From the NCBI GenBank assembly GCA_965113315.1, contig OZ220372.1: a stretch of 64,000 nt of DNA, one strand, 5' to 3'. Made by a program: the position numbers and the translations under genes. The stretch is from Podarcis vaucheri. Taxonomy: Eukaryota. Positions within the stretch are counted from its first letter, which is position 1. Each line of letters starts with the position of its first letter. The notes below the pieces were generated by a model. The model did no database searches, was not told where the DNA came from, and worked only from the letters and a program-made list of their open reading frames with translations. Of the stretch, positions 49,940-61,426 are shown one piece after another.

Positions 49940-50600
49940 ACAGCAGCTTCGGGCCATTTCCCGCTGAAGCCACGGCAAGGCGGACCCGCGTGTCCAAGGG
50001 CACGTCTGAATCCGGCCTGACCCGAAAGCAGGAGTCTTGCCTGCTTGCTTTCGAATAATAATAATAATTTTTAAAAATCACATTCAAGGACAATGACTCA
50101 AGAAACCTCGCAAACCCGGCCGTGAGCGTGGGCTTGAGCCGCCCCTGCCTCCCTCGCCTTCCCCAGCCCTCGTTACCCGACCACGCCGGGGCTCCTTCCC
50201 TTCCCTCCTCGCAGCCCCCGGGAGCCTCCACGTAAACACCGCTCACCTGCCCGCATTTCCAAGGCAACTTCCAGGAAGTCACGTGAGAGCCTCCTCTTCC
50301 GAGCCGGCGCCGCTCGCGCGCCACCTCTCCCGCTCCCTCGCCAGCTCGGGCCGCGGCCCCGCCCACCTTGCCCTCGCAGTGCACTCTGGGAGTCGTAGTC
50401 CTCCTCCTCCTCCTCCCTGCTGCCGCGTGCTTCTTAAGCTCGCGAGGGCGGCGGTGAAGTTGCTGCCGCCAGAGCCGGCAGCTCACTAAGTTGCTTTCGA
50501 TGGGCTGCGTTGTGGCGTCGTGGGATCGGGCCGCGCAGTGCCCCTGCGAGGCTGGAAAAGCCTTTGCCTGTTTCCTTCGGGGAGCAAAGCAGCGATTAAC
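49940..50600 (-). promoter_or_regulatory. SLC37A3: CpG island, SLC37A3 promoter and non-coding exon 1 (donor at 50247/50246)
   Basis: Densest CpG/GC stretch in the window; GC box CCCCGCCC, E-box TCACGTGA, minus-strand donor CAG|GTGAGC. Confidence 0.85.
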
Positions 50601-51998
50601 TACAAAACAACCACCACCATCTCAAACCCCGTTGAACTGAAGGGGACTGACTTCAGAGTAAACGTGCATAGGTTCGGGCTGTCATTTTGCCACTGTCCAG
50701 AAGCTGGGAGGGCGAGGGCGCCTCGCCAAATCTTGCTCATTTATTCGGGAGTAAGAATAGGAATTTAACAAGAGATACATTTCCAACAAACTTTTAAAAA
50801 TTCCTGTACGTTTCAATAGCTGCCTATCACTTAGAAATCCACCTAGTTGTTGTTACTGTTGTTATTATTATTATTGTTTGAATTTATTTACTGCCGTATA
50901 CCCGGAGGTCTCAGGGCGGTTCACAGAATACGATAAAAATATAAAACCACAAAATACATAATCAAAATAAAAACAACAACCCAATAACACCCCCCCCCCC
51001 ATTTAAGAGCATAGGATCCTCACAACATTTAAAGTAGTCTCCATCTCTGCATCTCTACCTGTGGAATGCCTGCCTTCTGCTATGCATCTCTGAGAGGTGC
51101 AAACTTTCCAGTTGCTCAGAAATCTTTACCAATAGGAATGGAAATGGAGCCAGTGAATGGACTGTTAAAAACACACACAAAACCCTCTTACTCTTGCTGC
51201 AGTTATTGTGCTAGAAGGGATTTTACCTTTTGAGATTAAACAGCTCATCCTAGGGGGATACCACAGTCCCATTCCCCCACCCCTGCAAGGCTTCTGTGCT
51301 CCTAACAGTGATATATGAAAGGCAGAATTTCAACTGGCACTGCTTTTTCCTGACATGGACATGCAGCAAAAGGAATGGCTCCAGCCTCCACCTGACAGAG
51401 CTTCAGTCCATTTTTAGATAGTGAGAACCTCAGTAGGCATCGCCCATAGGTGTATGTGCTGGCATGAGAAAAAACCCACAGAATGTGCAGAGCAGGAAGA
51501 AAAGGTGGATATCATAGTTTCTTTCTGCTGCTAGATTTGAACAATGGTTCTCTTCTGGATAGCTTATTAATTATTTGACAGCTTGCTTCTCTCTTGGAGT
51601 CTAGAGACCTGTATCAGTTACTTGACTGCTGTGGGAGAAAAATTCTCAGTGCAGTTTGCAGGGGGAATATTGTTATTCTTAAATGTATAGCCAAACCAGA
51701 TGCATATTTGGTGTTAGTAGTAAATTAGGCTTAATAATGCAAGCAGCATCGTTACCAAAGCAAGGCTCTATGGACCTGAAAGCACAAGCTACTGACTGCA
51801 ATAGCAATTCTGACTCAACATGTATAGGATTGGACTGGATAATTAACGAGGAAGTTGAGTTTTTTCTTTTAAGATATCAGGCCTGTGCTTTACTTCTCTG
51901 TACTTTCAACACAAGTGGCTTCTCGCTTTTGATCCTGTTTGAGAAAGTTGTGCAGACTTAAACTCTTTGTGTAGTGCAATCCTGCGAATGCCCAAGGC

Positions 51999-52229
51999 TG
52001 GTACCTCGGGTTACATACGCTTCAGGTTACATACGCTTCAGGTTACAGACTCCCCTAACCCAGAAATAGTACCTCGGGTTAAGAACTTTGCTTCAGGTTG
52101 AGAACAGAAATCGTGCTCCGGCAGCAGCAGTAGGCCCCATTAGCGAAAGTGGTGCTTCAGGTTAAGAACAGTTTCAGGTTAAGAACAGACCTCCAGAACA
52201 AATTAAGTACTTAACCCGAGGTACCACTG
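51999..52229. mobile_element. Tc1/mariner MITE, family A, one TIR clipped
   Basis: Same internal sequence as 39080-39299. Confidence 0.88.
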
Positions 52230-52509
52230 TATTGGATCCACTTACCTAGGGGTAAGCTTCCCCATCCCTTGAAAAACAGTGGCACTTACCTCTTAGTGGC
52301 CAAGCGCAGAATGTTGCTGTTGGTTTCTTTATGACTGCCTGACAATGATTCACTTTCCAGCATTCATGTCATTCAGAGAAATACAACACTTCCTTTGCAC
52401 TGAGTTAGGAAGTGGCTTTCATATACAGCTGTATACGAGTGCTTCTCTGGGGGTTGGTGCTTCAACGAAGTAGTTAACGAAAAGCTCAAGGACTGAGTTG
52501 GGTAAGATT

Positions 52510-52637
52510 CATTTTATAAACAGAATAGCTTGAAGACGTTGAACTTGTAGAACTACATTTCCCATCAGGCTGCAAGCAAGCCCAGGAAAGGTGGGAGGGG
52601 AATACAAAGAGAGCTATACCTGGCCGTGCAGGTAAGA
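52510..52637 (+). promoter_or_regulatory. RAB19: Candidate RAB19 promoter and non-coding first exon
   Basis: TATAAA at 52515, ZNF143-type ACTACATTTCCCA at 52552, strong donor CAG|GTAAGA at 52631/52632; the RAB19 ATG exon has an acceptor, so an upstream exon is expected. Confidence 0.45.
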
Positions 52638-54672
52638 GAAAAGGGGTGAACAACAGGTGAACAAAAGTTGGTGTCGAGGTTTACTACTGCTTTAAGATAT
52701 TGCGGAGGGTTTTAATGTTTTACTGCATTGAGCAATGACTGTCCCTTCTGTGGTCTGAGGAAGGGAATTTTTTGCTGGAGCAAGAGTTGAAAGGAGGAAT
52801 TGTGGAAAGGGGAACTGATGGTGGCTTCGATGTTACGCTCGCTGTGATAACGAGGAAGCAGTTCTGCAAGGGGGCAGGCGCTGGAAAGAAAGGTTTCTCT
52901 TTGTTACTGATAAACCGAGGAAGGGAAAATACAGGAGTGTGTGGGCTGGGAAAACTGCTCTTTCTCTCTGCCGCTCATACCGGTCCTAATGACTTATAAA
53001 TGCACACTTTCTACCTGTTGTCCTTGGGTGTAAAAAGATATCTGCTCACCATGAGAGAATAGCTTCTTTGTGACAGTAGCGCTGACAAGACAGTGCCTAC
53101 TTGTTCTAATTTTTCTCCCAGCAAAAGCTGACCTCTCTCTTAGTACTGTGGATTATATGAATCGTGCTTTCTCCAGAGTGTCATGATAAAGAGGTTGCTC
53201 CATGCTATCGGGTGATTCATCTAGCATAGGTAGAAGTAGATCTCAGGCTTGTGTGATCTATGTTAGTTTTTACTATAAAAAACCCCTGAGGTGAAGCAAC
53301 TGTGTGGGTGCAAAATGGCGGTTTGGGGTCAGCTGGGGCAACTAGGTATAAAGTGGTGATTTAGGGGGATGAGCTACCTGCCGAGTGCATCCAGTGCTCT
53401 AATTATTTGGGGTGGTGTGGGGAGAAGTAGAAGGGCCTTTATGAAATCCACAAGCCTCAACCCTGATCACCACAACTTCTGCCCACAGTACCTAAGAGAG
53501 TGGGACCCCCATCTGCCCACCCTAACCCAGTAATTTGAAAACTAGCTGCATTTGAAAATCCTTGTGCTAGAATGACCTGCATATAAAAGAAGAGAAAAAA
53601 AGACACAGCGTTTTAGACCTTTGATTGCCATTGCTAAACAACTGAGAGACAGAAACCCTTGCAAATCTACTGCATATCACTCTGCTTTGTCCTGGCCCCA
53701 GATTTATGTAGGCACAACATGCAGCACCTCCAGTTCAAAAGATAACAGGCAGCAGGATTAAAGTTTACCCTGCCAATGCAGATGATGTCTGTTGTTATTA
53801 TTATACCCATACTGGGGCTGTGGGGCGACAGCCAATGCACACCATCCCTTCAAAGCCCATCCAACACACATAGCAACTGTAGGGATTCCCCCAAAGCATC
53901 TTGGGGAGTGTAGTTTTTGGGAAAGGCATGTGTTTTTAATGTGTGTTGAATGGGCTTTAAGTGGAGAGTGTGGGTTGCCCAATGCTGCTGCTACCTCTTC
54001 GCTGCAGGGCAGGGGGGAGTTAGAGTAGTGTACGACAACCCTGAAGTGTAGTCCAGTGTTATGCTGGTGTTTTGCTTTTTGTTCAGTAAGTGGGTAGGAA
54101 ATGCTGATAAGTTGAGCATCATTAATTAAGGGTTAGAGGGGGACATGGGAGCTAGGGAAATTAAGGTCTTCAGCCATGGACAGAAAGATGTCTGAATGAG
54201 AAACAATGGAGAAAGCAAGTTTTTCTGATTTTGAAAATCAGAGGAATGGCTGAGGGGCTCAGAATGAAGGTAGCGGGGCAGGCTGCCTTCTGCTGTCCAT
54301 CAGCATTTACTGCCTGAGATTATTGCCTCCCTCTGCCTAATGGCAGGGCCAGCCCTGATAGGATTGCAGGCTACATTGCCAGCTTCAGCTTTAAACCTAA
54401 AAAGGTATGATTTCCCTGTTACACTGCTCCAGTGGCCTATACAAGTTTATTACTAAACAAGATGGGGCTGAACTGGACAGAGCCAGGCTGCCACTTGAAA
54501 CCCTGTCATTACGAAAACCTGACCTGCTGGAGGTAGAATGAAAGCCCTCTAGCAAACTCCACACACTCCTTTGCCACTCAGTAGTTAGGCAAATTTTTCC
54601 ATTGTCTTTATCAGTAGCTGCAAATAACAATAACAACTAGGGACCAAAGTACCTTAAGGGCTGTCTCCTTAT

Positions 54673-54819
54673 CAGTGGCGTAGCGTGGGGGGTGCAGGGG
54701 GGGCCGGCCGCACCGGGCGCAACATCTGGGGGTTAGGGTTAGGGGGCGCAAATCCACGGGTTAGGGGGCGCAAATTACTTGCCTTGCCCCGGGTGCTGAC
54801 AACCCATGCTACGCCACTG
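54673..54819. mobile_element. GC-rich hAT MITE containing TTAGGG units
   Basis: TIR CAGTGGCGTAGC / GCTACGCCACTG, exact 8-bp TSD CTCCTTAT. Confidence 0.92.
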
Positions 54820-55358
54820 CTCCTTATGCTCCATCTTGATCAGTGAGCTCTCTGTTGGGCCACTCCAGCTGCTTCCTCACGCTCCTCTGGTTTGGTTGAC
54901 CGAGCCTTTAGTGCGACAGGCCCTGTGAGACTCCCTGCCACTGGAGGTTTGGCAGCAACCATCGCTCCCTTCTTGCAGATTACTTCAAAAGGACTTTGCA
55001 ATATGAATTTTCCCTTTTCAACCAATTGGTATTTGTTCATGTTTTTATGGATGCTTTCTGTTGATTTTATTTTCATACTGCCTTGATATTTATTTATTTT
55101 TTAATGAAAGTGCAGCGTATAAATACATAAACAGACAAGTAAACAGTAGGAAGAGGGAGTGCGGCTATGAAATGTTGCAGTGCGAAGTACTTCCGCCAGC
55201 AGACTGACACGCTTTGGGTATCTCTGCTGAATGGTACAACATGATCAGGAAGAACGTAAACTCCTACTAATTAAATGGTATTAGGAGTCTGGCTGTTCTT
55301 TGCACTCATTGTTGCTCACACTCTTCTAGGGCCAAGTTGCTCAGGGCTCCAGAAGATC

Positions 55359-55553
55359 ATGGCTTTCTCCAGTTCTGACATGGACGAGGCTTTTGACTAC
55401 TTGTTCAAGATCATTCTGATTGGAGACTCCAACGTGGGGAAGACGTGCGTGGTCCATCGCTTCAAGTCTGGGCAATACCACGCAAAGCAGCAAAACACTA
55501 TTGGAGTGGACTTCACAGTACGTTCGCTGGAGATTGACGGCAAGAAAGTGAAG
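55359..55553 (+). CDS. RAB19: RAB19 first coding exon
   Basis: [29 protein letters not shown]...[22 protein letters not shown] (P-loop, switch I); acceptor at 55329, donor GTGAGT; position between SLC37A3 and MKRN1 favours RAB19 over RAB43. Confidence 0.95.
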
Positions 55554-56158
55554 GTGAGTGGCACAGCCTCCTTTCTCCACTGGTGGGCGTGGGCAGGTGG
55601 GCATGGCTTGCCCAAAACAACCTCACAGGCCAAACAGGAGGCCTGGTGGGTCTCAATAGACTCATGGACCAGAGGTCCCCAGCTCTGAATTAGCAAAATG
55701 TGAAGCAGGACACACAGTTGTGCAAAGAGTAAGCGAAGAGTAAGAGATGGCGTCTTCATTTCCCAAGGAGGCTGAAATAAATGGAAGTCCTGGAAATAAT
55801 GAAATTCATGTTGATCAACTTAAGCATCATTTAGGCTATAACTTTAGACTACCTGCTTACCTGAGAGCAAGTCCTTCTGAGCACACATGGGCCTTACTTC
55901 TGATTAGGCCCACAGGATTGCACTGTAAATAGATTAAGAAGGTGATCAACTGTAGATTTGGATGGCAATGCCTAGGATAGTTGCAAGTTGACTGTGGGCT
56001 AAATGTGTTTGTGGATAAATATGACTGCAGTCTGGAGACTGTATTTCAACTCACTGCTCTTTCTGTTCAGTAAACTTAGGTTGACTTGAAGGATCAGTCT
56101 CTGGGAGAAAGTTAATTTTATTTCACTGTATCTTCCCCACCCCCACTCTACCTTTCAG

Positions 56159-56342
56159 ATACAGGTGTGGGACACAGCAGGTCAAGAACGCTTCCAGACT
56201 ATAACCCAGAGTTATTATCGCAGTGCCCATGGGGCTATTCTTGCCTACGATATGACCAGGAGGTCTACTTTTGAGTCAATTCCTCACTGGATTCATGAGA
56301 TTGAAAAATATGGTGCTGCCAACCTGGTCCTGATGTTGATTG
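56159..56342 (+). CDS. RAB19: RAB19 second coding exon
   Basis: [31 protein letters not shown]...LMLIG, 184 nt. Confidence 0.96.
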
Positions 56343-56515
56343 GTAGGTGATAAATTCTACCACCAATAGCATGAGTTTAAACTTATCTACTTTTTCTTGG
56401 TCTTTAATTTTGAAATTTATTTTTAAAGCTGAAGCAAGCATGCATAGTCCTTTTTTCTGAACTAGGAAGAGAGAACCAAGAGAAATGGATGAGCTCAGAA
56501 GGATACTACTACTAA

Positions 56516-56897
56516 GGGACATGGGTGGCACGGTGGTCTAAACCACTGAGCTCCTTGGGCTTGCTGATTGGAAGGTTGGTGGTTCGAATCCCCGTTATGG
56601 GGTAAGCTCCCATTGCTCTGTCCCAGCTTCTGCCAACCTAGCAGTTTGAAAGCACACCAGTGCAAGTAGATTAACAGGTACTGCTGCGGCGGGAAGGTAA
56701 ATGGTGTTTCCATGCACTCTGGTTTCCGTCATGGTGTCCTGTTGCGCCAGAAGTGGTTTATAGTCATGCTGGCCACATGACCTGGAAAGCTCTCTGTGGA
56801 CAAAAACCAGATCCCTCGGCCTGAAAGTGAGATGAGTGTCGCAACCCCATAGTTGCCTTTGACTAGACTTAACCGTCCAGGGGTCCTTTACCTTTAC
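56516..56897 (+). mobile_element. Sauria SINE in a RAB19 intron
   Basis: TSD CTACTACTAA; (ACCTTT)n tail. Confidence 0.9.
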
Positions 56898-56904
56898 CTA
56901 CTAC

Positions 56905-57220
56905 TAATTTATTACTTATACCCCACCCATCTAGCTGGGTTGCCCCAGCCACTCTGGGTGGCTTCCAACATAATAAAAACACAGCAAAATGTCAAACATT
57001 AAAAGCTTCCCAATACAGGGCTGCCTTTTGATGTCTTCGGAAAGTTGTGTAGTTGTTAATTTGTTTGACATCTGATGGGTGGGCGTTCCATAGGACGGGC
57101 ACGACTACAAAAAAGGCCCTCTGCCTGGTTCCCTGTGACCTTACTTCTTGCAGTGAGGGAACCACCAGAAGGCCCTCAGAGCTGGACCTCCGTGTCTGGG
57201 CTAAATGCTAAGGGTGGAAA
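56905..57220 (-). mobile_element. L2-like LINE 3' end; related pieces near 34300-34400, 34640-34825 and 36790-36975
   Basis: Shared CCCGCCCATCTGGCTGGG..CCCCAGCCACTCTGGG tail and AFSV.AP.LWN-type peptide remnants. Confidence 0.6.
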
Positions 57221-57677
57221 CCCGGTGATTACTTCTGACTTTCCCATTTGTCAGAAGAGACTCAACTGACTGCATTAAGGATCCAGTTATAAGTTAGGAG
57301 ATAGTACTTGTGAGTAGGTAAATCCTATGGAACTAAATGGGAAACCTGCAGCAACCCACTTGTCCCTTTTTTCCAGGATGACAAGGAATCATTAATGAGT
57401 CCTATTTGGGTTCAAACCACTACAAATCCACCTAACAGTTACCTCATTCAACTCACGTTTTACCAGCTTCCTCACAAAGATATCATGGGGGACTGACTTT
57501 GATTTGATAGTCGTAACTCAGTTTAAATTTTGTTGCAGCATGTCTCCTTTACGCCACTTAGAGACAGCTGTGGTTGAATGGCACGCAAATAGTTGAAGTA
57601 CATAAATAAACCACGACCCACGCTGCTTGATGTATGTATCCTAAATGTCACTGAAACCTTCTTAATCCATTTCAAAG

Positions 57678-57946
57678 GGAACAAGTCAGATGAAGCAGAG
57701 AAGCGCCAAGTCCTGTTTGAAGATGCTTGCACTCTAGCGGAGAAGCAAGGCATCCTTGCTGTATTGGAGACATCCGCCAAAGAGGCCCAGAATGTTGACG
57801 AAGTCTTCATCCTCATGGCTAAAGAGCTGATGGCCAGGAACACCTTGCAGCTGCATGGCGAGGCTGCCTATTCAGATACCATCCATCTGGACAGCAGGCC
57901 AGTGGTTTCTAATTGGGATGATGAGAAGTCCAACTGCTCATGTTGA
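57678..57946 (+). CDS. RAB19: RAB19 last coding exon
   Basis: GNKSD (G4), ETSAK (G5), C-terminal CSC prenylation motif and TGA; CDS total 648 nt, 215 aa. Confidence 0.96.
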
Positions 57947-59435
57947 TGAGGTACTTCAAGGAGAAGAAGCAACCAGGGGCGATTCCTGGGGCCTGCTTTT
58001 GTTAGGAGAATCCCCCTGCTAGCCTCATTTTGCCACCTTGATAACATTTCAGCCAGGCAACTTCGACTTCGTGTCGTTCTTCAGAAGCAGAGGCCACCCT
58101 TTGTTCTGACGGGTCGCAGTGGCTGAGACTGGCAGTGCTACCTTTTCAGTTGAAGAGAAGGAAGGTCTATTGGAAACCATTTGCTTAAGTGGACAGTTAA
58201 CTATTTTTTGTCCAGTCAGGTGTCTGTTTGTTTCTACCAATGGCTGTGGAAAATAATGGTGTGTTTACTTGCCAGTCACTACAATCTCTTCTTGTATATG
58301 TTAGCTTCTAATTGGTGGTGCCATTGACAACCATTGGCAGCCCATGTAGTGAAATGTTAACAGAATGGCTTTGAATGGTTGCATCCCAGATGACTCCCTT
58401 ACCAAGCGGCCCAGTGCTTTTGTAGCAATCTCAGAAACTTGATTAATCGAGGGCAGTTGACTGGTCTTTTTGTCTGTTTTCTTAGGATTCTCCCTACCTC
58501 TCCTTGCCATCAATGGCTAGCCTTTATGAAGATGTTTAAGGGGGGATTTTTGTGTGCCTGTTTCCTTTCCTCCTTTCCTTTGATGGCAAACAATTCAAAC
58601 TAAAAAGCGTTTATATGATGTTCCCTTTTGGAAATTTGAATCAACTGAAGTTGTTACACCAGAGTTTTCCAACTATGTGTAATATTGTTTTACATCTACT
58701 ACAAGTTTTATCAAAGAACATCCCTGGTTTAGCCTAAGAGGGCATCTGGTCCACAGGTCACCAGCCTCTTTTTAAGCCTTGTGGCACATTTGGAGTTTTT
58801 AGCGAGTGCAGTGGGTGTCGTTTCTCTCTCCCTCTACCCCCCCCCCGCACAAAGAACCAGTGGAAGAGAGCACATCTGCACACAATTCACTTTTTGTGGG
58901 ATGTGGGTGAAAGTTGGATTCAGTAGAATTTGAGTTATGGAAAGCCCATAGATCTGAGAGAGGAAGTGGCAAAGAACATGACTCTTCCAACTTCCTCCTA
59001 TGCACTTACTAAGGGAGAAAATGGTAATCACCCTAAGCATCTCATGACCAAGGGGGGACGGCTCGGGTTTTGTGGGTTCCACAGAAGCCACATTGGTGAC
59101 CTGTGATTTAGTCTAACATTCTCTTGCCAGGCAGTTGCCTCAAGCAAGTTTGTCCATAGGGCCTGAAATACATCAGCCATTGTCCTTCTCATGCACTGAG
59201 CATCTGCATAGAGTAATGTAGGAGGATAAAATCTAAGACAGGAACCACAACCACATCCTGTGGCAGTGGATTCTATACAATGATATGTTAAATAGTACTT
59301 CCCTTTCTTTCTTTCTGTCTGTCCGGAAGCAATGGAGTCTCAACTTCATGCTGTGACCTTGAGGTCTCTTCTTATGAGGGACGGAAATCTCTGTCCGTTA
59401 TCAGTGCATGATGTTGGCTCAGGAATAAATAAGTA

Positions 59436-59694
59436 CCATATTTTTTGCTCTATAAGACTCACCTTTTCCCTCCTAAAAAGTAAGGGGAAATGTGTGTGCG
59501 TCTTATGGAGCGAATGCAGGCTGCGCAGCTATCCCAGAAGCCAGAACAGCAAGAGGGATTGCTGCTTTCACAGCGCAGCGATCCCTCTTGCTGTTCTGGC
59601 TTCTGAGATTCAGAATTTTTTTTTTCTTGTTTTCCTCCTCCAAAAACTAGGTGCGTCTTGTGGTCTGGTGCGTCTTACAGAGCGAAAAATACGG
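59436..59694. mobile_element. Tc2/pogo-like MITE
   Basis: TIR CCATATTTTTTGCTCTATAAGAC / GTCTTACAGAGCGAAAAATACGG, TA TSD. Confidence 0.85.
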
Positions 59695-61426
59695 TATATA
59701 GAAAGGAGAATTCCTGGATTGCAAGATCCAAGTTTGGGGCTCATTGGTGAGAGAACCCCAGCAGAGATTTAAAACCACAAAGCAATGCAGCAACATAAGG
59801 CATGGAAATATAGGCTGTTAAGACTTTAAAAATATGACTTTCTATGTGAGTTCCAAAATAGTTGCCTCTTCTCCCAGCATAGGAAAAGACCATGTTTAGT
59901 ATGTTAAAAATGGTTTACTTACAAACTCTCCAAAGGTCAGATTCACATGCTTTTACATACATCAGTCAGAAAGGCTGCAGAGGCCTTTCTTAGTTTAGTT
60001 CCAAGGTGGTGAAAGTTATTACTGGTAATAATTATTGGTTTAGGAACTCAAGAGTGGCTTGAGAGAGCCACGCGGTCTGAACTGGAGAAACCAGTTCGGA
60101 CCTCACACATTGAGCTTCTCAGGTAGACCTCCTCCCAAGGTGAAGGGGAACGACCTAGGCTAAGCCTGACAGGATATCTTGCTCTATGGTCTTAACCCCT
60201 TCATGCATTACTTAAGACTTAAGCATGTTGGTTAAATAAGAATGAGACTGGTTATCCCACATGTGAAGGGAGCCCCACACAGAATTGCTGGAGTAGCTCA
60301 AGGCCCTCCTAGCCAGCAACAGTGACAGCCACTTGTATCCACCTAATTATTTCCACATTAGCAAAGTCCCCAAATAAACAGGACAGCTAGCTCATGCTTC
60401 TGCCTCTATAGTTTATGCATGTGCATAATGCTTGGGCTACAGTGGATATGAAAATCTGTGACCTGCAAAAAATTTAGTTTTTACTGTTGCTGATAAGTTG
60501 TAAAAAGTGCTGCCGACATCAATGGGGGGGGGGGGAGAAAAGAAATAAATTAGGCAATTGCTGTTCACCCCACCACCACTTCTCATGACTCAGTTTGTGC
60601 ATACATGTGAACTGAATTGCAACCACTTTGACTGTTTTCAGCCTGAGGGTAGAGCGAGTCTTTTTTTAGCAATCTGTATGCTGTTCTGGGAGTGTTTTTT
60701 GGGTTAATGCCTGAAATAAGGCTGTTTCTCTCATCCTTCCAAGGCACTCTCATGCAACTACTACGGATGACCACATAATCTGAAAGGTGTACTGAGGCAC
60801 AAAATGCCTATGAAAAGGGATACAGCATGTCAACAGATAGCACTGTACTAATTTCAACAGTTTATACCACCAAATTTATCTCTGAATACTTGTGTGTCTG
60901 AACACATGCCTCAACCTAGGGGAAACATTTTACCCGACATCTTCATGAATCTCACTCATTTTGATAGTAGCACCTGCCTTTGAAACACAGATTAGGTCAG
61001 CATTTTCTGATTTAAGGCAGTTAGGTCTCATTGGCTACAAAGGGACAACCTGACGTTACACGTTTTACTCCCAATTCAGTGGCAAGGATTAAAGCATAGG
61101 TCTCATGCCATTACTCCAAAAAAATTTTTGGGGGGTCTCTCTCATACAAAGCTTCTCTCTTCTCTATAACATTGCAATTAGTTGAATCTATATGCTGATA
61201 TTAAGCATGAGGGGGATGGAAATATCCAGATGATCAATTGTTACTGGTGACTCGAAACTGGATGCAGAGGTCAGGAAACACATTTTCATCCTAAATTTTG
61301 CAAAAGGTTTTTTTGCAGCCCACATTTGAGAAAACCGCTATTACGACAAAATCGAGAGCACATGGGAACGTAACTAAAATATAGGAGTTGCAAAAGTTGA
61401 AAACGAATTTGCTTTTCTGTTTTTTT

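Noticed and set aside
49908-50486. 192-aa minus-strand ORF and overlapping plus-strand ORFs
   Set aside because: They lie in the GC-rich CpG island where stops are rare; R/G/A-rich with no recognisable domain, and the frame runs through the exon 1 donor.
54729-54768. Interstitial telomere marking a chromosome fusion
   Set aside because: Only three TTAGGG units, all inside a TSD-flanked MITE.
55275-55358. Signal-peptide-like N-terminal extension of RAB19 ([19 protein letters not shown]) in the ORF track
   Set aside because: Most of it is read through the polypyrimidine tract and acceptor at 55329; Rab GTPases are cytosolic and the ATG at 55359 gives a normal length. It would matter only if a TSS or retained intron were shown here.
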